From contig CM102285.1 of NCBI GenBank assembly GCA_046563655.1, positions 4,836,001 to 4,900,000 on the forward strand: a stretch of 64,000 nt of DNA, read 5' to 3'. The notes beneath the pieces are model-generated. The model worked only from the letters and a program-made list of their open reading frames with translations, was not told where the DNA came from and ran no database searches. This stretch comes from Yuukianura sp. NJ FZ-2021 (Eukaryota). The position numbers and the translations under genes are program-made. Shown piece after piece: positions 1 through 13,000 of the stretch (position 1 is its first letter; each line of letters starts with the position of its first letter).

Positions 1-345
1 AGTTAGGTTACGTGAATATTCCAAATTTGCATTTAGGTTAAGTAAATTTGAAAAACATTGGAGTTAGGTTACGTGAATTTGCCAAATTTACATTTAGGTT
101 ACGCAAATTTGCCAAATTTGCATTTAGGTTATGTAAATTTGCCAAATTTGGATTTAGGTTAAGTAAATTTGAAAAAATTTGCAGTTAGGTTACGTGAATA
201 TTCCAAATTTTCAGTTAGGTTACGTAAATTTGACATAATTTGCATTTAGGGTACGTAAATTTGACAAAATTTGCCGTTAGGTTACGTCAACTTTAAGGGA
301 CTTTGCGTTAGGTTACGTCAACTGACAAAATTTGGGTTAGGTTAT
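1..345. repeat. ~30-bp minisatellite containing TTAGG (runs off the window start)
   Basis: About 11 imperfect copies of CATTTAGGTTACGTAAATTTGCCAAATTTG. Confidence 0.9.
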
Positions 346-489
346 CAAATCACATTAATTGAGATTTCAAATATTTCTCATATTCAATTTCATTTTTATC
401 AGGTTAGGTTAGGAAATTTACATATAAATTAGTCACATCGTCAAGAGTGTAAAAAACGTCAAAAGAAACAGAAAATAAAAAAGAAAATG

Positions 490-3355
490 TATTTAGGAGT
501 GGAGGGAGTAACTGTAATTGAATTTCTAAAAAACAGAAAGAAAATGTGTTTTGGAGTGGAGGGAGTAACTGTTACTCAAATTGTAAAAAAAAATAATATA
601 GAAATATAGAGTAATTTACATTCAAATCAGTCACTTACAGCATAAAAAATAAAAAAAAAACAAGTGAAAAAGAACAGGAAGCAACTATTTCAATTTAGCG
701 ATAGGAATTAAAAAAAGCCACGTTCAAACAGGTGGAGGGAGTAACTATTATTGAAATTGAAATTGTAAAAAAAAGGTATAATGGAAAATGTATTTAAAAG
801 TAGAGGGAGTAACTACAAATAAAATTTTTTAAAAAAGGAAAGAAAATTTAGAAATGGAGGGAGTAACTAACGTTAGAATTGCAAAAAAAGAAAGAAAAAA
901 ATTTACATATTAGAGGGAGTAACTACTGTTCGAATTGGCAAAAAAAAATATATGAGTGGAGGGAGTAACTATTCTTCGAATTGGAAAAAAAAAATTATTG
1001 TCATAAAAAAAAGGCAAGCGGAGTGAAAAAATCTCTAAGTACTTGAAACTGCAGGGAGTAACTATTTTCGGTTTGTGCGGGTAAAAAAAAATCAGAAAAT
1101 GCGTTAAAAAAAAACCCCGGCGAAGAATTTGCCGGGGTTTTGATAAAGCAACCGAATAGTTACTTCCCACAGAATCAAGTACTCAGAGATAATTCTCACA
1201 CCACTTGACTTGTCCTGTCACAATGACACCATTTGTGACCGACACTCACTACTTACGTACATGGCCACCAGCTCAACTGTCACAATGACACCGTTTGTGA
1301 CTGACACTATTTACCTGCATGGCCACCAGCTCAACTGTCACAATGACACCGTTTGTGACTGACACTCACTATTTACCTACATGGCCACCAGCTCAACTGT
1401 CACAATGACACCGTTTGTGACTGACACTCACTATTTACCTACATGGCCACCAGCTCAACTGTCACCCTATGTGACTAACATTTCGCCACTATTTCCCAAT
1501 TGAGACTCATTCCTTCTCACAATGCATGAAACCAGTCAAAGCCAACACGTATTGACAGACATGATTCGCTACTACTTCGTCACACGGATTTTTACGAAGA
1601 AACATCTCAAACTCAGTGCTCCATATATACCTAAGTATAAAGAAGCGTGGCTGTGATGCCTTCAACATGTAACATTTCTTTGCAGTGAGACGCATTACTG
1701 TTATGAGTTACATACACAACAACAACGTACTATTACTGCATAGCGGCCTTTGTAGTGGCATGTGCACAACTCCAGCCTATGAGGACTTTTACAAAGGTTT
1801 GAACCTCAACTCAACCTCGGGCACATTTATTTGGTACGGGTGCCAAGCTTTATGTACCGTACACAGTCTGCACTTCACATCCGTCAAACTATGTACTTCC
1901 ACAACCAACATTTAAGGGCATTATGCACATTTAACTGAATTCTGCTTACGATTATAACTGATCTTTAGACTCTTCCCAATCATTTTATTAGTATTCTTCC
2001 CTGTTCAGATTTCCCTGTGCTCCCAGCACACAATTCACTTCAACTGAACTTTCCTTTGAATACTCTTCCACAACACTTGAGTCAAAACAGTTTTTACATT
2101 ACAGCATGAACACAGTAATCATTCAGCACCAGCCCAGAAATACAACAGGAGTTTTGAGAAAGGCTTCATTTTTTCTTTGCCTTTTTCTTCCTCCTCGTAG
2201 TAGTCTTGGGCTACTATATGACCCTTGCACAGGCATAGGGTAAATTCGTCAGTGAGAGAAGAGGAGAGGAAAAGATCCCTTCTCTAGTAGTTCATCCCTC
2301 TTCTTTTCTCTCATGCACGTGTTGTAAAAGTCCAGAGGAGCCACTTTTCCTCTGTACATCAGCATACACCAGCGGGCACAATAGCGCACTTCCACTGCTG
2401 TAGTGCTGTAGATACCTACTAAAGGTATCCCCCCTATTGTTCTTAATGTGAAGAGTTGTTTCCGCCGCTTGACTCTTTTTTTACTACAATAAAAAAAATT
2501 TTCCAATTCGAAAAATAGTTACTTCCTCCACATAAATTTTCTTCCTTTTTTTCACAATTCGACTAATAGTTACTCCCTGCATTCCTAAATAAATTTTTCT
2601 TTCTTTTTTGACAATGCGAGCGGTAGTTACTCCTTCCACTCATAAATTTTCTTCCTTTTTTTCACAATTCGACTAATAGTTACTCCCTGCATTCCTAAAT
2701 AATTTTACTTTCTTTTTTGACAATGCGAGCGGTAGTTACTCCTTCCACTCATAAATTTTCTTCCTTTTTTTCACAATTCGACTAATAGTTACTCCCTGCA
2801 TTCCTAAATAATTTTTCTTTCTTTTTTGACAATGCGAGCAGTAGTTACTCCTTTCCTTCATAAATTTTCTTCCTTTTTTTTCATAATTCGACTAATAGTT
2901 ACTCCCTGCATTCCTAAATAATTTTTCTTTCTTTTTTGACAATGCGAGCGGTAGTTACTCCTTCCACTCATAAATTTTCTTTCTTTTTTTTCATAATTCG
3001 ACTAATTGTTACTCCCTGCATTCCTAAATAATTTTTCTTTCTTTTTTGACAATGCGAGCGGTAGTTACTCCTTCCACTGATGAATACGTGTTCTTTTTTT
3101 TTTAACAATTCGACTAATTGTTACTCCCTGCATTCCTAAATAATTTTTCTTTCTTTTTTGACAATGCGAGCGGTAGTTACTCCTTCCACTCATAAATTTT
3201 CTTCCTTTTTTTCACAATTCGACTAATTGTTACTCCCTGCATTCCTAAATAATTTTTCTTTCTTTTTTTGACAATTCGCACAATAGTTACTCCCTCCATT
3301 TTTAAATTTTGTTCTCTTTGTTTGACAATGTCAGCAGTCGTTATTCCCGCCACTC
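490..3355. mobile_element. Foldback-type element with inverted minisatellite arms and an internal insert
   Basis: GGAGGGAGTAACTA units on + (495-1070) and their reverse complement TAGTTACTCC(C/T)T at ~1157 and 2515-3350 (~55-bp units, ~110-bp dimer). Central hairpin AAAACCCCGGC...GCCGGGGTTTT at ~1110-1141. Right end cut by a Helentron-like insert. Confidence 0.6.
1215..1468. repeat. ~60-bp tandem repeat, about 4 copies
   Basis: CTGTCACAATGACACCGTTTGTGACTGACACTCACTATTTACCTACATGGCCACCAGCTCAA repeated. Confidence 0.9.
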
Positions 3356-3369
3356 ATTAATAATTTTTC

Positions 3370-3630
3370 TTTCACAAGCTATTATGATAAAAGTGGTTTG
3401 TCTGTCCATCTGTCCGTCTGTCCCGGAAAACATTAGAACGATTATCTCCGAAACTATTGTAAGAATTTCAATCGGGTTTTCACCAGTAACCATGTCATGA
3501 CCCGGGGCTATTCACTACTGCATATGACCCTCGTGGGGCAACTCCTTCCGGGTCAAAGGTCAAGGTCAACCGGTTTCATCCCCGGTAACCCGGAAAACAC
3601 AAAAGTTGTTTATCTGGTCGAGATCAACCA
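3370..3630 (+). mobile_element. DINE-1/HINE-like (Helentron non-autonomous) fragment
   Basis: GTCY microsatellite, GGTCAAAGGTCAAGGTCA and ACAAAAGTTGTT blocks shared with 16581-17495 and 58790-59090. Confidence 0.6.
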
Positions 3631-3810
3631 ACGAGACACCGAGACAGTGTCTCATCGAGATATAGTCTCATCGAGACTGTGTCTCATCAATCCAGTGTCT
3701 CATCGAGACAGTGTCTCATTAAGATAGAGTCTCATCGAGACTGTGTCTCATCGAGACTGTGTCTCATCAATCCAGTGTCTCATTAAGATAGAGTCTCATT
3801 AAGATAGAGA
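3630..3810. repeat. ~20-bp palindromic tandem repeat
   Basis: Repeated GTGTCTCATCGAGACA/T units. Confidence 0.85.
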
Positions 3811-3814
3811 ATAA

Positions 3815-4273
3815 TTTTACTATCGGGCGGTACTTGGGATTTTGATCAATTTTTTTTTCAAAACACCTTATTGACGACTCTTGATACCAAAAATATATTT
3901 AGTTTTTGAAATGAAATTTAAATGAAATTTTGAATTTTTAGAAATTTTTGAAGTTTGAAAAATTCCCATAAAATTACACGTTAATGTTTTTATTCAGTTT
4001 ATGGATTTATTTGATTTTTAACGTAACGTAACCTAGCAGGCCTCGCTTTGTTCGGCTAATTTAATAAAGCATCACTGATTTATGACAAAAATCAAATAAA
4101 TCTGTAAAAAAAAAATAACATAAACCTTACAGGGATTTGTCAAATTTCAAAAATTTCCAACAACTCGAAATTTCATTTCCGGGAGAAAAGAAACATATTT
4201 TTGCTATCAGGGGTCAATAAGGTGTTTTGAAAAAAAAAATTATCAAAATCCGAAATACCGCTCGATAGTAAAA
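3815..4273. mobile_element. Palindromic MITE with long imperfect TIRs
   Basis: TTTTACTATCGGGCGGTACTTGGGATTTTGAT...TCAAAACACCTTATTGAC mirrored by GTCAATAAGGTGTTTTGA...ATCAAAATCCGAAATACCGCTCGATAGTAAAA. Confidence 0.8.
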
Positions 4274-4284
4274 CTTTACCCGAC

Positions 4285-4700
4285 TTTGGGCACCCTCTAC
4301 CAATTTTAGGAAGTTGCTTTCAATTTTGGGAACCGCTACCAATTTGGAAAACCTGCTACCAATTTGGAGAACCCGCTACTGCGGTGGGCACCCAATACGA
4401 TTTTGGGAACCTGCTACCAATTTGGGGAACCCGGTACCACTTTGGGAACCCGCTACTGCTTTGGGCACCCAATACCACTTTTGGAACTCGCTACCAATTT
4501 GCGGAACCCGTTACCACCTTGAGTACCCACTACCACCTTTGTAACCTGCTACCTATATTGGGAACCCGCTAACGCTTTGGCAATACCAATTTTGGGAACA
4601 TGCTACCACCTTTGTAACCTGCTACCAATATGGGGAACCAGCTACGACTTTAGGCACCACCGGCTACCAATTTTGGGAACCCGCAACAAATATGGGGAAC
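4285..4700. repeat. ~20-24-bp minisatellite
   Basis: Repeated AATTTGGGAACCCGCTACC variants; these explain ORFs 4314 and 4384. Confidence 0.85.
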
Positions 4701-4704
4701 ACAT

Positions 4705-4996
4705 GGCATGAGGTCACCACACTGGGTCAAAGGTCAAAGGGGATAGGTCATCATGTCATACGCCAATCAACTCCATTCCCGCCTCCCCTTTCGATTGATA
4801 TATGGCATGCTTATTTTTCTTTGGATTTCGCATGAGGTCACCGCGCTGGGTCAAAGGTCAAAGGTCATACCAACATATGCCATAGCCTACGCTTTTTGGG
4901 TGACGTTACGATTAAAAGGACACCTCATTTGTCTAAATCGGTCCAGTAGTTCCGGAGGAGTAGCCGAAAACAGGGCCTCGATTTTATAATATAGAC
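4705..4996 (-). mobile_element. Non-autonomous Helitron-like 5' fragment
   Basis: Minus strand begins TCTATATTATAAAATCGAGGCCCTG...CTACTCCTCCGGAACTACTGGACCGATTT, homologous to the copy ending near 6101. Confidence 0.55.
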
Positions 4997-5189
4997 ATCC
5001 TTCCCTACTCTGTGCCCAGGCGGAAATCCGTTAAAACTACCACTCAATTAATGTTTACCATGTAGAAAAAACAATTTACTGTGGAACTTAATTCTTTTCC
5101 ACTTCCACTTACACCGAAATTTAGGGCCTGAATTCACCTGCATTGACTCCATCAATATAAAATATGTTTTTGGCGTGTTTTCTCTTGCG

Positions 5190-6101
5190 CGATCACTGCG
5201 AGGTCAAAGGTCAAAGTTCATATGTCATCCCTCATACCTCATTCGACTCATTTTAGCCTTGCCTTTCAAAAGATATAAGCACATGCCTATGTCCGGTTTA
5301 CTTTTTTGAGGTGAACGCGCTTGGTCAAGTGCCACAGGTCACAGAATCATCGTGTCGTACGCCAAACGATTCCATTCGACGTCGACCACCTCTTTCGAAT
5401 GATATATCACAGGGCTATTTTTAGTTTTTCTTTTAGGTCGTCTCTGCTCATAGTCAAGGGGTCAAAGGTCACAGGTCATCATGTCAAAGATCAATCGACT
5501 ACATCCGACCTCTGCTTTCGAATGGCATGTCACTTGCCTGAGTTTGGTGCAATTCTATGTGAGGTCACCGCTCTGGGTCAAAGGTCACAGGTCAATGTGT
5601 CTTACATCAGCCGATTGCATTTGATCTCTGCTTTCGAATGACGTGTCACTCGTCTATGGTTGATGCAATTCTATGTAGGGTCACCGCTCTGGGTCAAGGG
5701 TCAAAGGTCACTGGTCAATATGTCATACATCAGTCGACTGCATTGTACCTCTGCTTTCGAATGATATATCACATGCCTATTGTTCAGCTTAATTCCACGC
5801 GAGGTCACCGCTCTAGGTCAATGGTCAAAGGTCACAGGTCAATATGTCATACATCAATCGACTGCATTAGACCTCTGCTTTCGAATGACATGCCACTTGC
5901 CAGTGTTCGGGATGATTTTGTGAGGTCCTCGCGCCAGGTCAAAGGTCAAAGGTCAAAGGTCAAAATGTCACATAGCCTACGCTCTTCGGGGTGACCTCAC
6001 GAAGAAAAGGACACCTCAATCATCCAAATCGGTCCAGTAGTTTCGGAGGAGTAACAGGTCACACACACAGATAAACAGGGTCTCGATTTTATATATATAG
6101 A
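5190..6101 (-). mobile_element. Non-autonomous Helitron-like element with internal ~120-bp AGGTCA-rich tandem units
   Basis: Minus-strand 5' end TCTATATATATAAAATCGAGACCCTG plus a TGTG microsatellite; ~120-bp units containing GGTCAAAGGTCA. Confidence 0.6.
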
Positions 6102-7096
6102 GACTAGGTAATTTTAATCAGTCCTGCTTCTCATTTTCTAAGTGCTCGGTAAATAGAATAACGTAGACAACAGTAAACGAAAAATCAAAAAATAAATGTA
6201 ATTATGTTACATACTTAGGAAATATTTATGTAATTGAGAAAATTTTGTCTGTTCCATTTCCTGAGTGTATATACGTATAGTTCGAAATTATGCAGACAGC
6301 CAATTCATATACCATGTGTTAAAAAACGAGACCAAATCAACAATTTTTCCGTTATCTTTGTGTAAACAGAAGTATTTATGCAAAAAAGTGGGAGTAATTT
6401 ATTGATTGATTTGATAAAATTGCAGAATACAACTGAGAATGAGTAAAAAGAGGTAAAAAGCGAATTGAAATAAGCTGTGTGATTTCAAATCTTTCTTGTT
6501 TAATTGCGCTTGCCAAATCAATCAGACAAATGTTCTGCCGGTATCTGATTTTCAGAAGTTTCTTGTACAATGTTTTGGACAAAGGAGAAAGTTAAAAACA
6601 GTGGTACACAACTCATGTACAATTTGTGTACCCTAGAAATGTCAGACAAGATTTGGAAAGAGTTTGTACACAACCTCAAATCATCGGGATGCCACAAACT
6701 GATGGCGGGTTTCCAAAATTTTCAGCGGGTTCGTCAAACTGGTAGCGGATGCATCAAATTGATACTCTTTCCTATATCTGTTTGCATACACTACGCCGCT
6801 TTAACAAGCGGGCTTATCAACATTGTAATTAATAAACAACAACGGTGTAGTGTTAAGTCCCACCGCCCCCAAACCTTTAATTTCAGAAGAATATTTAAAC
6901 TAGTGCAAGACACGAGCGGAAATCGCTCCCGAGTATACCTAACCCATAGAAGTTATTATGTAGTATACTTTATTTAATTCTTCAAATATAAGAAATCTGT
7001 CCTAAAGTCAATTCCTTATGTTCAACTGTTTTAAATCCCTTAATTTAATAGCTAAAAGGAATATTTCGAGCTTAAATAAAAACATAAGACTTCCTC

Positions 7097-10000
7097 TCAA
7101 AGTGAGAATGTATCTACTCTACGATAGTACAAGAGATAAGGAACCCTTGGTGGTTTAGGAGTAAGGACTTGATTCTCTGTAACTCTCTTAGTGTCGCTGT
7201 CGTCATAACGAATCCAGCCAGGTTGGCCCCACAGACAACCCCCTGAAGGATGAAAGGTATCAGCGATATAGTGCCCTTTGTGCGTCTCTTCGCCATCGTG
7301 GTAAATTGCTGAAAAGTTTCCAAATATAATTTTAGTAGTTTGTCTCAGAACAAATTCTAACCCCGTATAAAAGGATTAGCGCTATTTCTACTAGCATCCA
7401 TGTTAAACTTTGACTAATAGTTGACTTTTTTCAATTTACCCGCGAAGAGCTTATAAGTACGCTGTTTGGAGGAATACGATTTGGATTTGCAGTTGGCGGA
7501 CAGCAGCTCTGTAAAGAGTATAACATGAAATATAAGACGAATCATCCATCATTGTATGGCTTTGAGTGTGTCAAGAGTAAACAAAAAGTAAACCGTCAAA
7601 ACTTCTTTTTACCAATTTACAAATCAGTTAAAGAGAAAATTACATAAATTGTTACTTTTTACGTAGCGGACAACGTAGCAGGTAATATGGTTAACCTAAT
7701 AATTTGGTCGCAAGTAATACGATCGCAGTTAATAAAGACGTAAGTAATCAGGCCGAAAAGTAAAAAGATCGCAAGTGAAATGGTCGCAATGTAAAAAGAT
7801 CGCAATATAGAAAGGTCGAAAAGTGAATTGATCGGAAGTAAAATGATCGCAACAGGAAATGGTCGAAACATAAAAAAAAGGTCGAAAAAGGGCGCTGAGA
7901 TTTTTTGGCATTATTTTTTTTATATCAATTCCTTGTGGTAGATTCCGAATGCAAAATATGTTTTCGGCAGTAACACACCCCGCTCCGTAAGATTGGTTAA
8001 TTAAGATTGTTGTTAACAATTTGAACTTAACGCACAGAAGGAGAATTTCTATTGCGAAATGAATGGATAATAAGAATTGTGTCTATATCACCGCGCCGAA
8101 GGCGCGCGTTAGATTGTTAGGAGTTAGGTTATTTAAATATAACTAGAATGATCAGATTTATCAAAAATGATCAAGATTTTTGACTTTTTCATGTTTCGAC
8201 CATTTGCTGTTGCGATCATTTTACTTCCGATCAATTCACTTTTCGACCTTTTTATGTTGCGATCTTTTTTCTTTGCGACCTTATTATACGCGATCTTATT
8301 ACTTGAGAGCAAATTATTTCGACCTTATTACATGGAATCGCGACAAATGCTATCATTGCGAAACTTACCTCTTTCAATGATCAAGTCGATTCCGAAATCT
8401 ACCCTTTTGTCTAGCTTGAATATTTTGGAGCAATTCTTGTCATATACGAATCTTTTAAGATGAATTACGAGAATGACTGGAAGGAGTTCCAGACTGAGTT
8501 GTTTCCAAATGAGGGCTCCAGAACCAGCTCCAGAAGCCTCACTCACTTCTTCTTTGGTAGAAAGTCCTTCCAGGGCGTCTTTCACAGAGTGAATATTATC
8601 AGCCTACAAGCAAACAACCACGAATTTAAACGCATGAAAATAAAATGACAGCAATTCTAAATTATATTCAGCTCTGCGGGGCGACTATTGACCAGAATGT
8701 TAACCCTTTCCTTGTTTGTAGAAACGCATAATTCACAACTTAAAAAACTTACCTGAATATCCAGTTGAAGTGTAAAAAACGGTTGAAGAGTAGTAGTTCT
8801 GGGGTTATTTCCTCGGTTGAGCAGCGACGACATTTGGCCCACAAACATTTCAGAAATGGGCGACTTGCTGATTTCCGTCTTCCGAGTCATACTCCCCTTA
8901 TTTCTCGGGCCCATTACTTGCCATTCTGTATCCCCTTCATCGCTCTGATTGGAGCTGGAGTTTCCAGGTGGGCCAGCGTCACACGAGTTCAACTGCCCAA
9001 TTCCATTTTGAGATTTACATTCCTTCTTCGCTTCGTACCAGCGAATTGTCTGAAAACGAGATCAGTATAAATTAATATCGAAACAAATGCAAATGACGTG
9101 GTAATAAATTAAGGGTTGATTTAGCGTCTATCATTCATGATTCATGGGGAAATGGTAAGATTGTGTTGGGTTGATTTATCAAATGTGGTCTACTCTGATT
9201 TTGCGAACAAGTGCGGAATAAACAATCCTCGAAAATGTGAACTACTTACTCAACTGTTAATTCCAGTTAATATAATCATAAATGGAATGATTTGGAGTCA
9301 AAAGTAGTTGATATACAGTTAAGTTCTTTTTTTTTTTGCGAATTTTCGGGTGTTATTGGGTTTGAAGGAAAACTTGGCCCATGTAAAATCGTATGATGTA
9401 TAAATGACACTATTATGAAATTTTGCCATGTCGTTTTTGATGTCATTCAGCTTATTGTGGCAAATTTTCGAAATCGTGTCATTATACTTCCGGCTGAACT
9501 TGGGCACCAAAGTAGGCAAGTTTTTGTGTCCTGGTCCCACAGTTTAACAAAAAATCCCACGACAACCATTTGTTACAACTTATAAAGTATGTTTTGTAAT
9601 AAAAGTGGGAATTGTGCATGAGAGGGTGGAGAACGAAAAGGTGGTAGTTGTACAGCAGAAAATCTTAAAAGTGGCCGGTTGTGCATCTTGAAAGCTACAT
9701 TGTCCGAAATTGTGCAACATCAAAAAGCGAAAAGTTTGAAATTGTACAATATAGAAAACACAAAAGTATGCAGGTACACCATGTCACTAACCCAAAATTT
9801 AGTATTTGTGCAGTAAAAATGGAAACGGGTGGAAGTTTACAATGCACAAATTCAAAAAATTGAAATTGTGCAATGTTAAAACTGAAAACCGGTAGAATTG
9901 TACAATCCAGCAACCAAAAGTTTACGGGGTTAAAACCTAACCTAAAAACAGAAATATGGTAGTTGTTCAAACTAAAAAACCGGAAAGGTGGTAGCTGTGC

Positions 10001-13000
10001 AACTCAAAAACCCGAAAAGCGGTAGTTGTACAACCCTGTACAACAAAGGAGATGAAAACTGGTTTTTGTTTTCGGGCCCAAAAAAGCCTCAAAACAGATA
10101 GGATCCAAACGGAAGCTGTAGGAATTTTGTACGTTGATGAGTTGGCACTCATTAGATAAACTGAGATTCTCACCTTGATCATTTCGTCATGGATGCCGTT
10201 GAGCAGATGCGAGAGGAACTCCTCTGCGTCCTCTTGCCTGCCCTCTACTTTGAAGGTTGCACCGTCCAATAAGCTTAGCACTCTCCGGATTCCAGCTGGA
10301 TCCAGCGGTGGCCCAGCAACGAAAGCATCTGTCGCCCTTTTGCTTTTGTCGGTTTTGTTCAAGTTAAGGCGAGACATTGGTTCGAACTCCATTACAAAAT
10401 CGAAACTATGAAAACCAAATGAAGACATATAAGCAATGATTAATTTTTTTTTGAATTGAATTTGAAACACACTACCAACACACACAAGCGCTCCTATATC
10501 ATAAAAGTTAAGCAAACGGAAACTAGGCATGCAATTATTGCTTAGGCAGTACACTTACATCAGCAATTTAACCTCTTCGTTATGTTTACATAATAGTATT
10601 GTTTAAATATATCGGTTCTGTACGTTTTATAGTGTACGTAACCAATTCCTGGTTGCCTTTTGTTTGATTTTAGAACATGTGGTTAAAATGCAAGAGTCGC
10701 ATTCTTCGGCAAAAACATAAAGTAGGGTACTACTTTCGATACTTATTAAATACTTACACTACACGTAATAAATGTGTTTACTTACACGCTCTGAAGGATT
10801 GGCGTAGCCTTGCACGGCTTTTTGCCAAGGATATGTTGCATAGAACGAAACAAGTTAACAAATGGCGGACAGGATAACAAAGACTGAAAAAAATACAAAG
10901 AAATCCTAAAGTATGAGCCTTTTATGTTATATTGTGATGGTTTGTAATTTCAATATGATTGGTGTGCGCAAGGACAATGAAAAACTGCAGAAGTTTCCGT
11001 ACAATCGAGAAAATTATTGCATTTCTTAATCTTAATACTATTTTATATCGCTCCTCATTCGTATTAATGGCACACTCTTCTGTAATGGCAATGCGAATCG
11101 GCATGAGCCGATTGAATTATGAAGCGTGCAGTTTTTCGTTCTCCCCACCGTATCCAAAGGTGGCGTAATGCTCCCTTCCGTAATGCTCCCTAGTATCAAA
11201 CTCATCAGTTTACTTTATCTGCAAGGCAAACGCGAAAGTGAAAGTAGTGTCATGCCAACACATTCAATACTTTGTCTGAAGATTGTTTTGTTTGAGAGAT
11301 CAATTTTTCAATATTTTGAAACAGTCTTCAAAACACTTCGTCAGTCGTTTTTGGAAAATCTTGGAATGTCTTATTGCCTTGTTTACAAAAAATAGAATAC
11401 CTGAAGCGTAGCGTTTATGTAGCAAAAGTTGCTTTGGTTGACAAGTCCTCGATGTGTAAGAGATACGCAGTGATGGTTCAACTGATAGTTCGACAAAAAC
11501 TCTCCCAAACTTAAGGCCGCCGGATCAGTTTCATTGGAAAGACTTGCAGGATCAAAGGCACAGTGAGGGTTAGGTGTAATTCCGATAGCACTACCGCTTG
11601 CAGTCGGCGTCAAATGATTCTTGCTTGAATTCTCCAAATGGGAAGGTCGCGATTCTTTAGTAGGAATTTGTGGTGAACTGGAAGAACCACGGCTAGTTTT
11701 TGAGGATGCAATATTTGCCCAAGACCTCTGGGTGACACCAGTAGGTTGCAGCGTACTGCTACTCATCGTCAAATTCAGGTTTGTACCAATGCTGGCACTG
11801 GGCGACGGTTGGGGGTTACTTTTGAGCGCTTTTTCACCATTTTGCAACTTTGGTATTGTCCGGCATGGCTTCAAATCACTTTGTAAGTGCTCTGTAACAA
11901 CTGTATCGTGAGTGATTCCGTCTACAGTTTCAGACACACAATCCACGTTAGTCGACGTCTCTGTCTTCAGGTTGTGGTCTTTCGTTGGCAATGCGTTTGG
12001 GATCCCTGGAGTAACACTAGGCATGGATTTCGTGCACTGTTGATTCGTAGATGCTGTCCAAAACTCCTTGGCACCATTTTCTATGTCCAGTATTCCGTTG
12101 CCAGCTATTGAGTGGTTGGGTTTATCAGCTTGTGTTGATGAGGATTCAAAGCTTGGCTGAATCGCCGAACCAGGGGAGAAATCCGTTTTACTCGTACAGC
12201 CATTGCTGTTATTTTGTTTCTCAGATGCAGATTCCCTCTCTTTAGCTCCTGTTGAAGAATCTGAAGTAATATCGACCAGGAGATTTCTTGCATGATGCTC
12301 CAATTCTATTTTAATATTCAAAAACGGCTGTAGTAAATTGAGGACTACTAATATTATTGCTTAGAAGCCGAGGGTTCACATGACATTGTAAGTTATCCTA
12401 ATCAATAGGTGCTCATTCCGTTTAAAATTACAAAAACATATCCTGTCATATAGCTTCATTCAATGTAATCGGGTTTTCGAAGTTGATTTTCGGCTTGTAC
12501 GTATTTTGATGGTTGAAGTAAACTGGCGCTGTACGCTGTTAGGTTAGCCAATTGCATTGTATTGCACCCCTCCCCCCCCCCCCCCATAGAGTTGTCAAGA
12601 CGATTTGGCGTTTTTTTCTCTTAACTAGAGTGGACATTTGGCATTTTTTAAACAGAATTTTTGAAGCAAATCCAAAGATGCTCAAAGAGGCAAAAACCGA
12701 TTTCATCTGAACTTTAAGCCCGGTTCTCACGAAGAAATTCATTCAATTCGTTCATAAAATTGTTAGCTAAAAATAAAAAACGTTAAAAGTATTACTCTGA
12801 GAAAAATGTCTGCCCAAGAATGCACAAGCAAATTCAAATGTTCTTTTTTCAAAATTTCGAAAAATCGATTCTATGTGAATTGGTCAGAATGTAAAATGAT
12901 CAGAATCCGAAAAGAACAGAAAGTGACATGGTCAGAAAGTGAAAAGATCAAAAACAATTATCATAATACATCGGCGCGGGAACCTACAAACATCCTGCGG

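Noticed and set aside
1..345. True telomere
   Set aside because: TTAGG occurs once per 30-bp unit, not as a pure (TTAGG)n tract.
490..3355. Regularly spaced GGAGGGAGTAACTA motifs as a CRISPR-like array
   Set aside because: Intervening sequences are related A-rich copies, not unique spacers; no cas genes; eukaryotic context.
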